From a virus (taxonomy: Duplodnaviria > Caudoviricetes): a stretch of DNA of 64,000 bases. Positions 63,883-64,000 of the stretch are shown here, piece by piece. Under the pieces are notes generated by a model. It made no database searches, was not told the origin of the DNA, and saw only the letters and a list, made by a program, of their open reading frames with translations. The stretch lies in IMG/VR virus record IMGVR_UViG_3300020036_002415, positions 6,316 through 70,315 of that record; one strand, written 5' to 3'. The position numbers and the translations under genes were made by a program. Every line of letters starts with the position of its first letter. Position 1 is the first letter of the stretch.

Positions 63883-63883
63883 C
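63876..63883 (+). repeat. attC-like site 7, left (R'') half only
   Basis: CCACTAAC complements the R' of site 6; no convincing right arm follows. Confidence 0.5.
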
Positions 63884-63961
63884 ACCCTCCTAAAATCAAT
63901 AACTTTAGCCGACATTCTGGGCGGGTTGATAATTAAATAGTTAAATAAAAAAAATAGAAGG

Positions 63962-64000
63962 ATGAAATCAAGAGATGAATTTAAAACAGACTTAGAATAT
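63962..64000 (+). CDS. ORF start truncated by the window end
   Basis: MKSRDEFKTDLEY... after an A-rich leader. Confidence 0.4.
   Translation, partial: MKSRDEFKTDLEY

Noticed and set aside
60285-63883. CRISPR array
   Set aside because: The repeats are variable-length palindromes separated by whole genes, not constant repeats with 30-40 nt spacers, and there are no cas genes.
63962-64000. Circular junction joining the last ORF to position 1
   Set aside because: The join is in frame, but the start of the window more plausibly ends a different frame (YYFEIHNSNK-stop at 35). There is no terminal overlap and the window length is arbitrary.
1-64000. Stop-codon reassignment as in some crAss-like phages
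   Set aside because: All core genes are full length and tightly tiled under the standard code, and TAG, TGA and TAA all end genes.

Overview
The window is a large part of an AT-rich tailed dsDNA phage genome with podovirus-like architecture. The host is very likely Bacteroidota, because TTTG/TTG-N18-20-TAnnTTTG promoters occur on both strands. It has three blocks. (1) 1-5.6 kb (+): replication, with a DUF4373-type initiator, a Twinkle/T7-gp4-like primase-helicase, a MazG-like pyrophosphatase, a DUF1064-like nuclease, an SSB-like protein and an HTH regulator. (2) 5.6-47.9 kb (-): lysis genes, tail and fibre proteins, three ejection proteins including a 2884-aa polyvalent protein, a crAss-like muzzle, three ring proteins, an SU10-type major capsid protein, scaffold, portal, auxiliary capsid protein, terminase, HNH nuclease and an initiator tRNA. 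(3) 49-64 kb (+): early region with a ~600-750 nt ornate non-coding RNA matching ROOL motifs, many small ORFs, a second CAU tRNA, and an amidoligase/GATase/ATP-grasp cluster. It ends in an array of single genes, including two DNA methyltransferases, separated by attC-like palindromes that obey the integron cassette complementarity rule. I found no integrase, DNA polymerase or RNA polymerase in the window. The strongest candidates for novelty are the phage-borne attC-like cassette array (60.3-63.9 kb), the ROOL-like RNA with its co-transcribed protein (49.0-50.3 kb), and tandem small basic proteins sharing a conserved 12-aa N-terminal tag (41.9-42.6 kb). Family assignments come from recognising motifs by eye, not from database searches.
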